A stretch of 64,000 nucleotides of DNA from Octopus sinensis (lineage: Eukaryota), in assembly GCF_006345805.1 (NCBI RefSeq), contig NC_043021.1, forward strand, positions 434,001 to 498,000, given 5' to 3'. The notes beneath the pieces are model-generated. The model was given only the letters and a program-made list of their open reading frames with translations. It was not told the DNA's origin and did no database searches. Below are positions 12,326 to 25,029 of this stretch, in pieces (the stretch's first letter is position 1; each line of letters begins with the position of its first letter). Position numbers and translations under genes: made by a program.

Positions 12326-12607
12326 AGAAGAGAAGACGAAAAAAACGAAACACGAAGGCGGGGTGTACAAAACATACAGATGTATTAGTATAACAGTTGT
12401 ATTGGAATAACAGATGTATTAGTATATGTTTATATATATATATATATATATATATAAACCAGAAGAGAAGACGACAAACGAAACACGAGACAGTTGCTGT
12501 ACAAAACAAACAGATGTATTAGTATAACAGTTGTATTGAAATAACAGATGTATTAGTTTATATATATATATATATATATAATATATATAATATATATATA
12601 TATATAT

Positions 12608-12699
<92 letters not shown>

Positions 12700-12800
12700 T
12701 AAACCAGAAGAGAAGACGAAAAAAACGAAACACGAAGGCGGTTGGTGTACAAAACATACAGATGTATTAGTATATATTATATATATATAATAATATATAT

Positions 12801-12845
<45 letters not shown>

Positions 12846-12953
12846 AGAAGAGAAGACGAAAAAAACGAACGACGAAGACAGTGGTGTACAAAACAACAGA
12901 TGTATTAGTATAACAGTTGTATTGGAATAAACAGAGTATTAGTATATATTTAT

Positions 12954-12997
<44 letters not shown>

Positions 12998-13358
12998 ATA
13001 CCAGAAAGGAAGACGAAAAAAACGAAACACGAAGACAGTTGGTGTACAAACAAACAGATGTATTAGTATAACAGCTGTATGGGAATAACAGATGTATTAG
13101 TATATATTTATATATATATATATATATTATTATAATATATATATTTATATATATATATAAACCAGAAGAGAAGACAAATGTATTAGTATAACAGTTGTAT
13201 TGGAATAACATATGTATTAGTATATATTTATATATATATATATAATATATAAAACCAGAGAGAAGACGAAACAAACGAAACACGAAGACAGTTGCTGTAC
13301 AAAACATACAGATGCATTAGTATAAGAGTTGCATTGGAATAACAGATGTATTAGTATA

Positions 13359-13403
<45 letters not shown>

Positions 13404-13504
13404 GAAGAGAAGACGATAAAAACGAAACACGAAGACAGTTGGCGTACAAAACAAACAGATGTATTAGTATTAACAGTTGTATTGGAATAACAGATGTATT
13501 GTAT

Positions 13505-13538
<34 letters not shown>

Positions 13539-13664
13539 ATATATATATAATATATAAAGAAGAGAAGACGAAACAAACGAAACACGAAGACAGTTGGTGT
13601 ACAAACCAAACAGATGTATTAGTATAACAGTTTTATTGGAACAACAGATGTATTAGTATATATT

Positions 13665-13697
<33 letters not shown>

Positions 13698-13900
13698 TAA
13701 ACCAGAAGAGAAGACGAAACAAACGAAAAACGAAGGCAGTTGGTGTACAAAACATACAGATGTATTAGTATAACAGTTGTATTGGAATAACAGAGGTATT
13801 AGTATATATTTACATATATATATATATATATAAACCAGAAGAGAAGAGGAAAAAGGCAAAACACGAAGACAGGTGGTGTACAAAACATACAGATATATTA

Positions 13901-13956
<56 letters not shown>

Positions 13957-14466
13957 GACGGGGGAGATATGATTAATAAAAATTTGTATATATACATATA
14001 TATATATATTATATATATATGGAGGGAGTTTACGAAAAAACAAAACACGAAGCCAGGTGGTGTACAAAGCAAACAAATTTATTAGTATAACCGATATATT
14101 AGTATATATATATATATATATATACTTTATTTAATGCAGCAAATTCACAAAACCTGTTACTCTGAGTTCCCCGTTGCCGTTCATCGACAGTTTTTGCTGT
14201 TTTTTCTAGCAAAAACTGTCCGATGAACGGCAACGGGAAACTCAGAGAACAGTTTTGTTGAATTTTCTGCAGCTTTAAATAAGCATATTACTCTAGCACT
14301 GGTATTTGAGTACTCTTTTTCCACCTTGTTTCACATTTATATGTTTACTCCGGATATATATATATATATAATATATATATATATATAATATATATATTAT
14401 AATATATATATATAATAAACGAAAAGAGAAGACGGAGATAAGATTAATAAAAAATTATATATATAT

Positions 14467-14533
<67 letters not shown>

Positions 14534-14690
14534 TAATATAACCAGAAGAGAAAAATCGGAACAAGCAAAAAACGAAGACATGTGTAGATATATTAGCATA
14601 ACAGATGTATTAGAATAAGAGATGTATTAGTATATATATATATATATATAAGCTAAAATAGAAGATACGATTAATAAAAATTTATATATA
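12210..14690. repeat. Tandem array of ~110 bp cores separated by variable (TA)n runs, about 13 units
   Basis: Core AAACCAGAAGAGAAGACG...GAAACACGAAGACAGTTGGTGTACAAAAC...GATGTATTAGTAT at ~12321, 12455, 12701, 12841, 13000, 13158, 13251, 13397, 13555, 13699, 13831, 14020, 14540. Confidence 0.9.
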
Positions 14691-14691
14691 T

Positions 14692-16466
14692 ATGAGGATA
14701 AGTGAAATACTAAATGTGCAATTCAAGAGTATTTTCACTCCACCCCTAGGATATTTTCAAGTCAGCAATCCAACTGACTTCTTTACCACTGCAGATATAA
14801 AATCAGAGGCAGTGATGATTGATTACATCAATATAAAGGAAGACGATGTAATAAAGGCTATAGATGAAGTGAAAACAAACTCAGCTACTGGCCCCGATGG
14901 ATTCCCGGCAATCCTTCTAAAAGTATGTAAGAGAGTCCTAGCAAGACCACTGCAGTTCCTCTTTCAGAGCTTCCTTGCAACTGGCAAACTTAGACCTATC
15001 TCTCTGACCTCACACATCAGCAAGGTCATGGAACAAATTGTCAGAAGGAAACTAATCACCTTCCTTGAAGAAAATTACTTGCTACCTGACACCCAACATG
15101 GTTTCCGACCAGGAAGAAGCTGCCTAACTCAGCTCCTACAACACTATGACTGGGTGCTGAAACGACTGCTCAACCACTCAAATGTGGAAGTCATATATCT
15201 CGACTTTGCAAAGGCCTTTGATAAAGTCGATCATGGAATGATATGTCACAAACTGCGTGATCTTAGCATAGTTGGAAAATTGGGAGAATGGCTTCATGAC
15301 TTTCTGAAGGATAGGAGTCAGGTGGTAGTAGCCAATGGGGCCACCTCCAATAACACGCAAATAGTGAGCGGTGTTCCACAAGGCACTGTTTTGGGACAAC
15401 TACTGTTCATAATGGCCCTCTCAGACATGCTCTCAGCCACGCAGAGAGCCACGATCACAAGTTATGCAGATGATACAAAAGTTTCACAGGAAATACAGAA
15501 CCCTGAAGACACTATGCCCCTGCAATGTGAGCTGGACAAAATATACAAGTGGGCTGAAAAGAATAGCATGCAGTTCAATGCTGAAAAGTTTCAAGTTTTA
15601 TGCTATCAGCATGCAAAACTAAATGCAATACCCAATAAATACACGGGACCTGGAGGGATTGCAATCCCAGAGGCACAATCAGTGCGAGACCTGGATATTT
15701 ACATGAGTGATGATGCAACTTTTCATGTGCATGTTGCTAAATTGGCAATGAAATGTAGGCGGCTGACCGGATGGATTCTTAGAACCTTTAGAACAAGAGA
15801 CCAGGAAACCATGATGGTCCTCTGGAGGACACTTATCCTAAGCCACTTTGACTATTGCTCTCAGCTATGTTCACCATCCAGTGTCAAGTTAATCACAGAA
15901 CTTGAGGCGATCCAACGAAGCTACACGAAGAAGATAGCCTCTGTGCAGCATATAAGCTACTGGAAAAGACTCAAGAGATTAAGACTCTATTCCTTAGAGC
16001 GTAGGCAAGAACGATATGCCATAATATACATCTGGAAGATCCTAGAAGGACTTGTCCCAAACTTTGGCATCGAGAGTTACACGAATGCTAGAACTGGGCT
16101 CCACTGCATAGTGCCAAGGACTTCAAATTTGCCATCAAGATGTAGGACAAGATACTGTGATAGCCTGGGCTTCAAGGGCCCACAGCTCTTCAATATCCTC
16201 CCGAAGAACCTAAGAGACCTGCATGGGGTGGATGCAGATGACTTTAAAATAAAACTGGATCTCTTCTTGTCAGGTGTCCCAGATGAACCAACTTCACGGC
16301 AGGAGGTGCAGATGCGGGCAGCTGCATCGAACTCTCTCATGCACCAAATGGCAATTGCTAAAAAGCATTCGTGAAGTAAAATCATGTAGCAACACCAAAT
16401 GGCGGTGCTCCAGCATGGCCACAGCTCGTGAGCTGAAACTAAGTAAAATAAAATAAAAAAAATAAA
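14692..16466 (+). mobile_element. 5'-truncated CR1-group non-LTR retrotransposon: RT ORF (560 aa) plus 3' tail
   Basis: ORF 14692-16374 with RPISLTS, LDFAKAFDKVDH, GVPQGTVLG, YADDT, LYSLERRQERY; no endonuclease; short internal deletion before RPISL; A-rich (TAAAA)n tail. Confidence 0.92.
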
Positions 16467-16617
16467 TATCTGTGTGGTAAGTAGCTTGTTTACCAACCAC
16501 ATGGTTCCGAGTTCAGTCCCACTGCATGGCACCTTGGGTAAGTGTCTTCTACTATAGCCTCGGGCCGACCAAAGCCTTGTGAGTGGATTTGGTAGACGGA
16601 AACTGAAAGAAGCCTGT

Positions 16618-16649
<32 letters not shown>

Positions 16650-16884
16650 CGTGTATGTTTGTGTGTCTGCGTTCGTCCCCTCTAGCATTGCTTGACAACC
16701 GATGCTGGTGTGTTTATGTCGCCGTCACCTAGCGGTTCGGCAAAAGAGACCGATAGAATAAGTACTGGGATTAGAAAAAAAGAATAAGTCCCGGGGTCGA
16801 GTTGCTCGACTAAAGGCGGTGCCCCAGCATGGCCGCAGTCAAATGACTGAAACAAGTAAAAGAGTAAAAGAGTAAAGAGTAAAG

Positions 16885-16929
<45 letters not shown>

Positions 16930-17090
16930 AATAGAGAAGAACGGAGATAAGATTAATAAAAATTTATAATCTTATTTCCATTTTTTCTCTTGTATTTTAT
17001 AATAATAATTTGTGTCTGCCTATATTATTCAACCAGTGTAATATTGGATATTTCTATCCCTCGCTCACACACACACACACACACACACAT

Positions 17091-17144
<54 letters not shown>

Positions 17145-17163
17145 AATAATAATAATAATAATA

Positions 17164-18001
17164 AACACGCACCAATGGTTACGAAGCTCAGGGCTAAAAG
17201 CAGAGTGAAGATTTCATATTAGCTGCTCAAGACCAAAGCTTATTAACCCGGAACTACCAAGCCAATGTGATAAAAAATGGAGCTGACCCAAAATGCCGAT
17301 TCTGTAACAGTGAGATTGAAACAATAGACCACCTAATCTCAGGGTGTAGAGTCTTAGCACCTGCAGAATATAAAGCAAGACATGACAGAGTCGGCCAGTA
17401 TTTACATTGGACAATATGTCGGCATTATAAAATCAAAACCGTTGACAAATGGTATAAACACCATCCTGAAACTGTGACTGAGGGAGAAAATGTATCGATT
17501 CTATGGGTCTTCCCTGTACAGACCGACAGGACTATAAAAGCTAATAAACCGGATATTATTATAAAAGATCAGACAAAAAAGATGTGCTTATTAATTGACA
17601 TGAGTATTCCTTGCGATCACAATATGGCGGCGAAAGAATTTGACAAGATTAGTAAATATATAGACTTGCTAATAGAAACTGAAAAAATGTGGTATCTCCA
17701 GGCGACTACAGTACCAGTGATTGTAGGATCTCTAGGAATGATAAAAAAAGGTACTGAAACCTATTTGAAAATGATTCCAGGCTTACCATCCCTACAAGAA
17801 GTGCAAAAAATCGTACTAACATTATCGCTGTGAAAACAACATCCATCCATGAATTTATTTATTTATTGATTTTTAAGTACATATTTTATCTGTGAATTTG
17901 CGTGTGTAATCTGGGAATGCATACAATGAGCTTCTCTGCCCTAGGTGTATGGAAAACATTCGCGCGAAACGGAAGAAAATTTGAAGAAAGAAAGAAAAAA
18001 C
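17164..18001 (+). mobile_element. 5'-truncated R4/Dong-like non-LTR retrotransposon (CCHC knuckle plus restriction-like endonuclease)
   Basis: AAQDQSL...CRFC...ETIDHLISGC...YKARHDRV...KPDIII...LIDMSIP...KISKY (ORF 17267-17833; frameshift ~17210); bounded by (TAA)n on both sides. Confidence 0.85.
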
Positions 18002-18045
<44 letters not shown>

Positions 18046-18132
18046 TTCTTAAGTAACCAGAAGATGGATTTGGTATTAATCTTTGTTTTGTACAACGGTT
18101 GTTTCAATCCATCCTGCTACAGTCCCCTATGG

Positions 18133-18134
18133 AC

Positions 18135-18173
<39 letters not shown>

Positions 18174-18188
18174 CATATATATATATAC

Positions 18189-18242
<54 letters not shown>

Positions 18243-18301
18243 CATATATATTATATATATATATATATATACATATATATACATATATATATATATATAT
18301 T

Positions 18302-18368
<67 letters not shown>

Positions 18369-18384
18369 CATATATATACATATA

Positions 18385-18464
<80 letters not shown>

Positions 18465-18487
18465 CATATATATATATATATATATAT

Positions 18488-18528
<41 letters not shown>

Positions 18529-18558
18529 ATATATATATATATATATATAATATATAAA

Positions 18559-18591
<33 letters not shown>

Positions 18592-18602
18592 AATATACGT
18601 AC

Positions 18603-18635
<33 letters not shown>

Positions 18636-18690
18636 TGTATGTATGTATGTATGTATGTATGTATGTATGTATGTGTGTATGTATGTATGT
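18133..18690. repeat. Long interrupted (TA)n followed by (TATG)n
   Basis: Directly visible. Confidence 0.98.
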
Positions 18691-19935
18691 ATATGTAAAT
18701 TTACTTTTAATATAAGGATAAAATTTTATCCATGGCCGGCATATTGAAATACCTTTTATGGTGAAAATTATAAAGAATTATAAATAATGGTAAAAGAAAA
18801 AAATTTTCTATGCCAATATGCTGAAAAACAGACTTTAGATCGTCTACACGTGTACTGAGGCTTGCTACAGAATTTCTGTTTAGATATATTTGGGGTACTT
18901 AAATGCACACATGACTTTGAGTCTGCATTTTCCGTCTGCTAATCGACTGGCTCCCTCCCCCAACATTTCGGGTCTTGTGCCTATAGTAGAAAAGAATGTC
19001 TGTGAAAGAAGTGTGGTCGACTCAGAGATAGAAGGGATCCGACATAACTGCAGTTCTGAGGAGGAAGAAATGGATTTGTCACAAACGGCTTCTTTGTTGG
19101 AAGGACTTCAACGTTGAAGAAATTAAATGTTTCCACCACCACAATCTACAACAACAACAACAACAGCACAGTTACTCTTACCACTGCCACTTCTAGTATT
19201 ACCACTATCCTCACCACTCCACCACAACAAACATTACCACCGCCGCCACCGCTACCACCGTTTACACATCCCCCGTCACGACAGCCTATAAATTTCAACT
19301 AATAACAGCAACAACATCGACAGCTTTAACAAGGTTTATCTGTCTTCTAAACAACAAACTTTAATGAATATCGCAAGAAATGCTCAGATAAATTTAATTA
19401 TTTTTATCACGAATGTCGTTTTGTATGTGAGGGACTATACTGTCGACTGTACCCCGCCACACACTTTTCTTGTCGGGGTGTGTGGATACAGCGAGGCTGT
19501 TGCAGCTATAGTGTTCTAAGTTGCCGAAACTGGTACTTATTTCATCGACTCTGAAAGGATGAAAAGCAAAGTCGACTTCGGTGGGATTTGAACCCAGAAC
19601 ATCTAAGCATTTCGCCCGGTGTGCTAACAATTCTGCCAGCTCGCCGCTTCACATTCAAGTACCAAGTCTTATAATTTGCAGAAAGAGACACTGTGAGACC
19701 TCTGGCATCAGGCTGCTATTCGCTTGCTCAGAATCAACCAAAGCAAGTAAGACGGAGAGCTCTGAGAAGTAAAATAACAATAATAATAATGATTTCAAAT
19801 ATTGGTTCAAGGCCCGCAAGTTCAAGGAAAGAGGTAAGTCGATTGCATCGACCCCAGTACTCAACTGGTACTTATTTTATTGACCCCGAAAGGATGAAAG
19901 GCAAAGTTGATCTCGGTGAAATTTGAACCCAGAAC

Positions 19936-20340
19936 ATCTTGGGCTTGGTTGAAAAAAGGTCAATTAAAAAAGAAACAGAGAACCTAATTATAGCGGCTCA
20001 AGATGAAGCAATAAAAAGAAATAGCTTGAGAAAATATGTAAATGGGGAGAAGAAATGTCTGCGAGAATCCTGTCCTGATGTCATGTGGATAGCATATCTT
20101 TTAGATATTTCCCGAGCGGCCTCTGACAGGATTTTCTTGAGTTTCATCCTTCCCCGCTCCTCCTAACTGGGGTAGATAGTATGCTTGGTGGGTAGTTGTT
20201 ATATAGTAGAGTGTTTCTTAATCTGATCGCTACATATAATAGCCTTCGCTCGACGTTGTAGACAATGAGGAGCAATCTCCTTCTTTATACTGTATGGATG
20301 GTGGGCGGCCATGCTGTAGCAAGACCTTGAAGCGTTTAAT
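19936..20340. pseudogene. Rearranged R4/Dong-like LINE fragments in opposite orientations
   Basis: + strand 19939-20060 KKETENLIIAAQDEAIKRN...KKC; - strand ~20060-20300 IYPS*EERGRMKL resembling the LYLPRKEGGRG motif. Confidence 0.5.
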
Positions 20341-23300
20341 CGAACAAATCGACCCCAGTACTTATTTTCTGTCGATCTCACCAGTCGTCAAGCGATGCTG
20401 ACCCCCCCCCCCACACACACACACACACATACACAGTTTTCGCCCACAAAATCCACTCACAAGGCTTTGGTCGGCCTGAGCTACATTAGAAGGCACTGGT
20501 TCAACGTACCACGTAGCAGAACTGACCCCAGAACCATGTTGTAGGGAAGCAAACTTATTACTTCACAGCAACACCATATCTTTATTTTCTTAAAATTGGT
20601 ATTTTCTGCTGTTATTAGAATTATCGCCCTTGTTCGTTTTTAGATTTTAAGCCCTCCACGATAGAGTTTTGTCTTCCAATTGATATCAAAGTTTTTCATC
20701 TCAGTATATTACATGTGTGAGACATTGCCATAAATGTATTTCACACTCTCGGGAGGTATTTCCCTTCAGCGATATTGTTGATGTGATAAACGTCACTACA
20801 TCACCTCTATTTCTCTATTTACGACATCATTTCTGTGTCCAATCGTGTTAGCCATATTGTTAATATAATGAACATCACTACATCCTCTCTATTTCTATAT
20901 ATATGAGATCAGCCTTGATAAATGAAATGAATATGCTTCACTGAGGAGATCTAATTAAATCGAAACATGTTTATTACATTCATTAGTTGGTTTTAAAGAC
21001 AATATCCACTTCTAACTACATTGATTTTTTTATTGATTTCTTTTAGGTTCAACTGATATTTTTAGTTATCTCATGCAATGTCATCAGACTTCAAATAACC
21101 CCTGAGGAATATTTTGTCCTCTGATTTCGAGACTAATTCTAATTATTTGAAGTTCAACTAACTATACTACATGCCTAGCAAAAGCATGGGCGACCTTCGT
21201 CGAGAAGTTAGCCTCATGAAACGTGACCCAGCATGAGGCGGGCCGCACTACAACTAAAAAAAAAAATTCGTGAAAGTAATTATTCGCTAGACTTGTTATT
21301 CAGAATTTCCATAGGGCCGCAGGTAGCCAATGACTGGTCTGGCATAATAATTATTTAGTGTGCAGAACACTCCTTCCACATAAGTTCATTCAGTCTTGTT
21401 GTTGATATTACTTAAATACACAAAAGAACGAAACCCAGCACGACATAAATAAAGATTAACAGAGAAAATAAAGCAGCAAACATAAACCAGAAACCAAGCA
21501 GTCATGCACAATATAATAAAGTAATTAATGAGGACCGCATCACATCAAACATCGCAATAACCGTTCTAAATAAACATAGACTTCAACGGCAAATGCTCAA
21601 GCGGTGAACAGGTCCTGCGGGTTGTACAGGGAAATTGCTAGGCACGAGATATAATCGGAGGTACCCCACTTACATTCTCTTTTCTTTTTTACTAGTTTCA
21701 GTCAGTGGACTGCGGTCATGCTGGAGCAGTGCCTTGAAGAGTTTTTACTCGAACCAAACAAGTCGACCCAGTGTTAATTCTCTTTTTTAAGCCTGGTATT
21801 TAATCTGTCGGTCTCTCGTTTTACCGAACTGCTAAGTTACAGAGACATACACAAACCAACACCGGTTGTCAAGTGGTGGTGGGAGACAAACACATACAAA
21901 CATATGTGTTTGAGGGTCTGTGTGTTTGTGTACGACGAGCTTCTTTGAGTTTCCGTCTACCAAATCCACTCGCAAGGCTTTGGTCGTCCTAGACTCTGGT
22001 AAAAGACACTTACCCGACGTTCTATGCAGTTGGACCGAACCCGAAACCGTGTGGCTGGGAAGCAAGCTTCCTACCATTCAACCACACCTGCGCATACTAA
22101 CACAATGCAAAAGAAAGAAATCTTTCGATTAAATATATCAGGATAATTTAATTGATTTGACCTGATTGTTTATCGAATTCGTATAAATAAAAGAAAATTT
22201 CGACTCTGGTGGGAATTGAACTGGGAATATGTAGCTGCATGAGACATTGGGGTGGGGGATAGTGTCCTTCACGGAAGAACATGTAGTGCTCTTTGGAGTG
22301 GTTCGTCAGCTTTGGTCCTCACCTGACACCCAACTCCTACATGTGGCTCTTCGAAACTGTTTGCATGTAACAGCAGCCACACCCGGGCAACAGCTTCCAC
22401 AGGTCCGCTAAATCATGGCAAGGGCAATCGACAGTTTTCAACCGTCGGTGAGCTACGGTTTATCTACATACGTATGTGAAGACTGGACCCAGCGGACTCT
22501 GCAGAGAAAACCACTGGACTGGTTTAACGGGCAGGAAGGTGGACCAGCAAGTGCTGTAGAAGGCCAACAGAGAGCACTGAGACACAAAGGACACTGTGGC
22601 CATCCACCTCCTATCTTAACCCAAAGAAGACTATTTGACGGGAACTAACTTTTATCTATCTTTATTAGAGTTACTTCCCTTATGTCATTTATTGTTGGGT
22701 TTGAGGTGTCTTTCAAAAGCTGATAAGTTGGCCATAGGATTGTGAGCTGGCAGAAACGTTAGCACGCCAGGCGAAATGCTTAGTAGTATTTCATCTGCCG
22801 TTACGTTCTGAGTTCAAATTCCGCCGAGGTCGACTTTGCCTTTCATCCTTTCGGGGTCGATTAAATAAGTACCAGTTACGCACTGGGGTCGATGTAATCG
22901 ACTGATCCATTTGTCTGTCCTTGTTTGTCCTCTCTGTGTTTAGCCCCTTGTGGGTAGTGAAGAAATAGGTATTTCGTCTGTCTTTACGTTCTGAGTTCAA
23001 ATTTCGCTGAGGTTAACTTTGCCTTTCATCCTTTCGGGACCGATAAAATAAGTACAGTTGAACACTGGGGTCGATATAATTGGCTCATCCCTTCCCACCA
23101 AATTGCTACCATTGTGGAAAAATTTGAGGCCATTATTATTATTATTATTATTATTATTAAGAAGGCGGCAAGCAGACAGAATCGTTAGCATTTTGGACGA
23201 AATGTTTAGTACCAGTGAAACACTGAGGTCGATGTGATCGACTAGTCCCCTCCCACCAAATTTCAGGCATTGTGCCTAAAGTAGAAAGGATTATTATTAT

Positions 23301-24582
23301 TATTATTATGGTTGGATTCCCACCTGGGCCGTAGCAAGAAAGTCTACCCGCCACACTTCTCGGTTCATCATCACTGCTTCGATGTCTGACACTGGCCACC
23401 TAAAGGCCGGCCATTAAGTGGCCGTAAGAGACTGTTAGGAAAAAGAGAGGAAAAAAGTATAAAGGAGAATGTTTCTGAGTGACTTCCATGGTTGTGAGGT
23501 CTTTGGAGGTCTTATGGTTGTGAGGTCTTTGGAAATCATGTTGTGCACTAAAAATTTGGAGGAGAGGAATGGGCAGAATATTCACATGGGTCAGTTTTGT
23601 TTCCTCATAACTTTCAGGAGAACGAGAAATTTTTAATGAAAATTTCGCCAAATACCTTTCAGCGTGTGTAGACTATGATAATATCGGAATTTAATGTGAA
23701 AATAAAAACGGATGTGATAGGACGCATACATACTGATATTCGTGACATTTTGAGGGGTGGAGGCAACTATTTCTCGAAAATTCCCACAGAGTCTTTGACA
23801 TATTTGGAAATTTCGAGGTCAATCTAAATAAATGCCACGAGGCTTTTTATGCAGCCCTGGAAAAATTCAGAGAAGTTAACAGCAAATAATTTCAGATGGA
23901 AAAAGTCATTTTGTATGATGTCACGTACTTCACATTTTTTGGATTCGCTTCAAAATATTCAACATAAATTCCAGGAAAGAAAAATGTAACATTTGCCCGA
24001 GTAGTCAAACTTTTCTGTGAAAAATAAATCAAAATAATTCTTGTAACTGTTAGAGCTTAGATATTTCATTTCTGTCTGACTTTTAGTCACATCAGAATGT
24101 CAATTCTTGGATATTTACACAGAATGGTAAATAACGCGGGGGGGGGGGGTTGAAAGAAATGAGAGACGTGGAACCCTAAAACGGGAAGGCTACAAGGGTT
24201 TCTAAATAATCTGGCAATGAAGTGGCCAACGAGGGAAGCCGTGACATGCCAGAAATAGCAGTTAAATCTATCTCGGAAAACACTACTGTCTTACGTATGA
24301 AACAATAAAGGCTTCAACGTGGTGGACAGACAGGACAGAAATGGTAGCCAAAACCTTCCACTAAACATCCATGACTGTCTGTCTGTCAGTCGATAAGCAT
24401 GTACTTATGTATGCATGTTTGTGTGTACGTATGTGCGTGTGTGCGTGTGTGTGTGTTTATGTAGTATGTATGTATACATGTATGTGTGTATGTATGTGTG
24501 TGTATGTATGTATGTATGTGTGTGTGTATGTATATATGTATGTGTGTGTATGTATGTATGCGTGTTTGTATGCATGCTTTAT

Positions 24583-24728
24583 GTGGAACCTTCTGTAGTT
24601 GTATATGGACAAAAGTTAGAAATTGTCACCAAATTCTTGTATCTAGGAAGTACTATGAACACTTCTGGTCTTGATAATGAAATTCCATATAGAATAAGCA
24701 AATCTAGTGATGCCTTTGATAGGCTTGA
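24583..24728 (+). pseudogene. RTE LINE fragment
   Basis: GQKLEIVTKFLYLGSTMNTSGLDNEIPYRISKSSDAFDRL, typical post-RT RTE segment. Confidence 0.7.
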
Positions 24729-25029
24729 CCAGTGTCTCTGGTTCCCGTAACTTAGCGGCTCGGCAAAAGAGACCGATAGAATAAGTACTAGGCTTACAAA
24801 GAGTAAGTTCTGAGGTCGATTTATTCGACTAAAGGCGCTGCTCCAGCATAGCCAGTCAAATGACTGAAACAAGTAAAAGAATATATCACCATTATAAATT
24901 GACAGACATATACATACATATATACATACACACATACATACGTATGCGTGTATGTATATATGTACAATAATGTAAGTATACGTATGTTTGTGTGTGTTTA
25001 GCAAACAAAATTGTTGATTTTTTACAGAT

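Noticed and set aside
12092-14085. Many YIYI-rich ORFs, and a CRISPR-like look of the array
   Set aside because: ORFs are (TA)n translations; spacers are microsatellite rather than unique sequence; eukaryotic context, no cas genes.
16077-16688. 203 aa minus-strand ORF (also 55416-55901 + and 56065-56385 +)
   Set aside because: Antisense to LINE/SINE sequence; no independent coding signal.
17902-18747. 281 aa ORF and other poly-IY, poly-N, MDGW, CV/HT ORFs across the window
   Set aside because: Simple-repeat artefacts without splice or domain support.
21180-21650. Possible hAT MITE (GCGGGCCGCA motifs)
   Set aside because: No convincing TIR pair or TSD could be identified.
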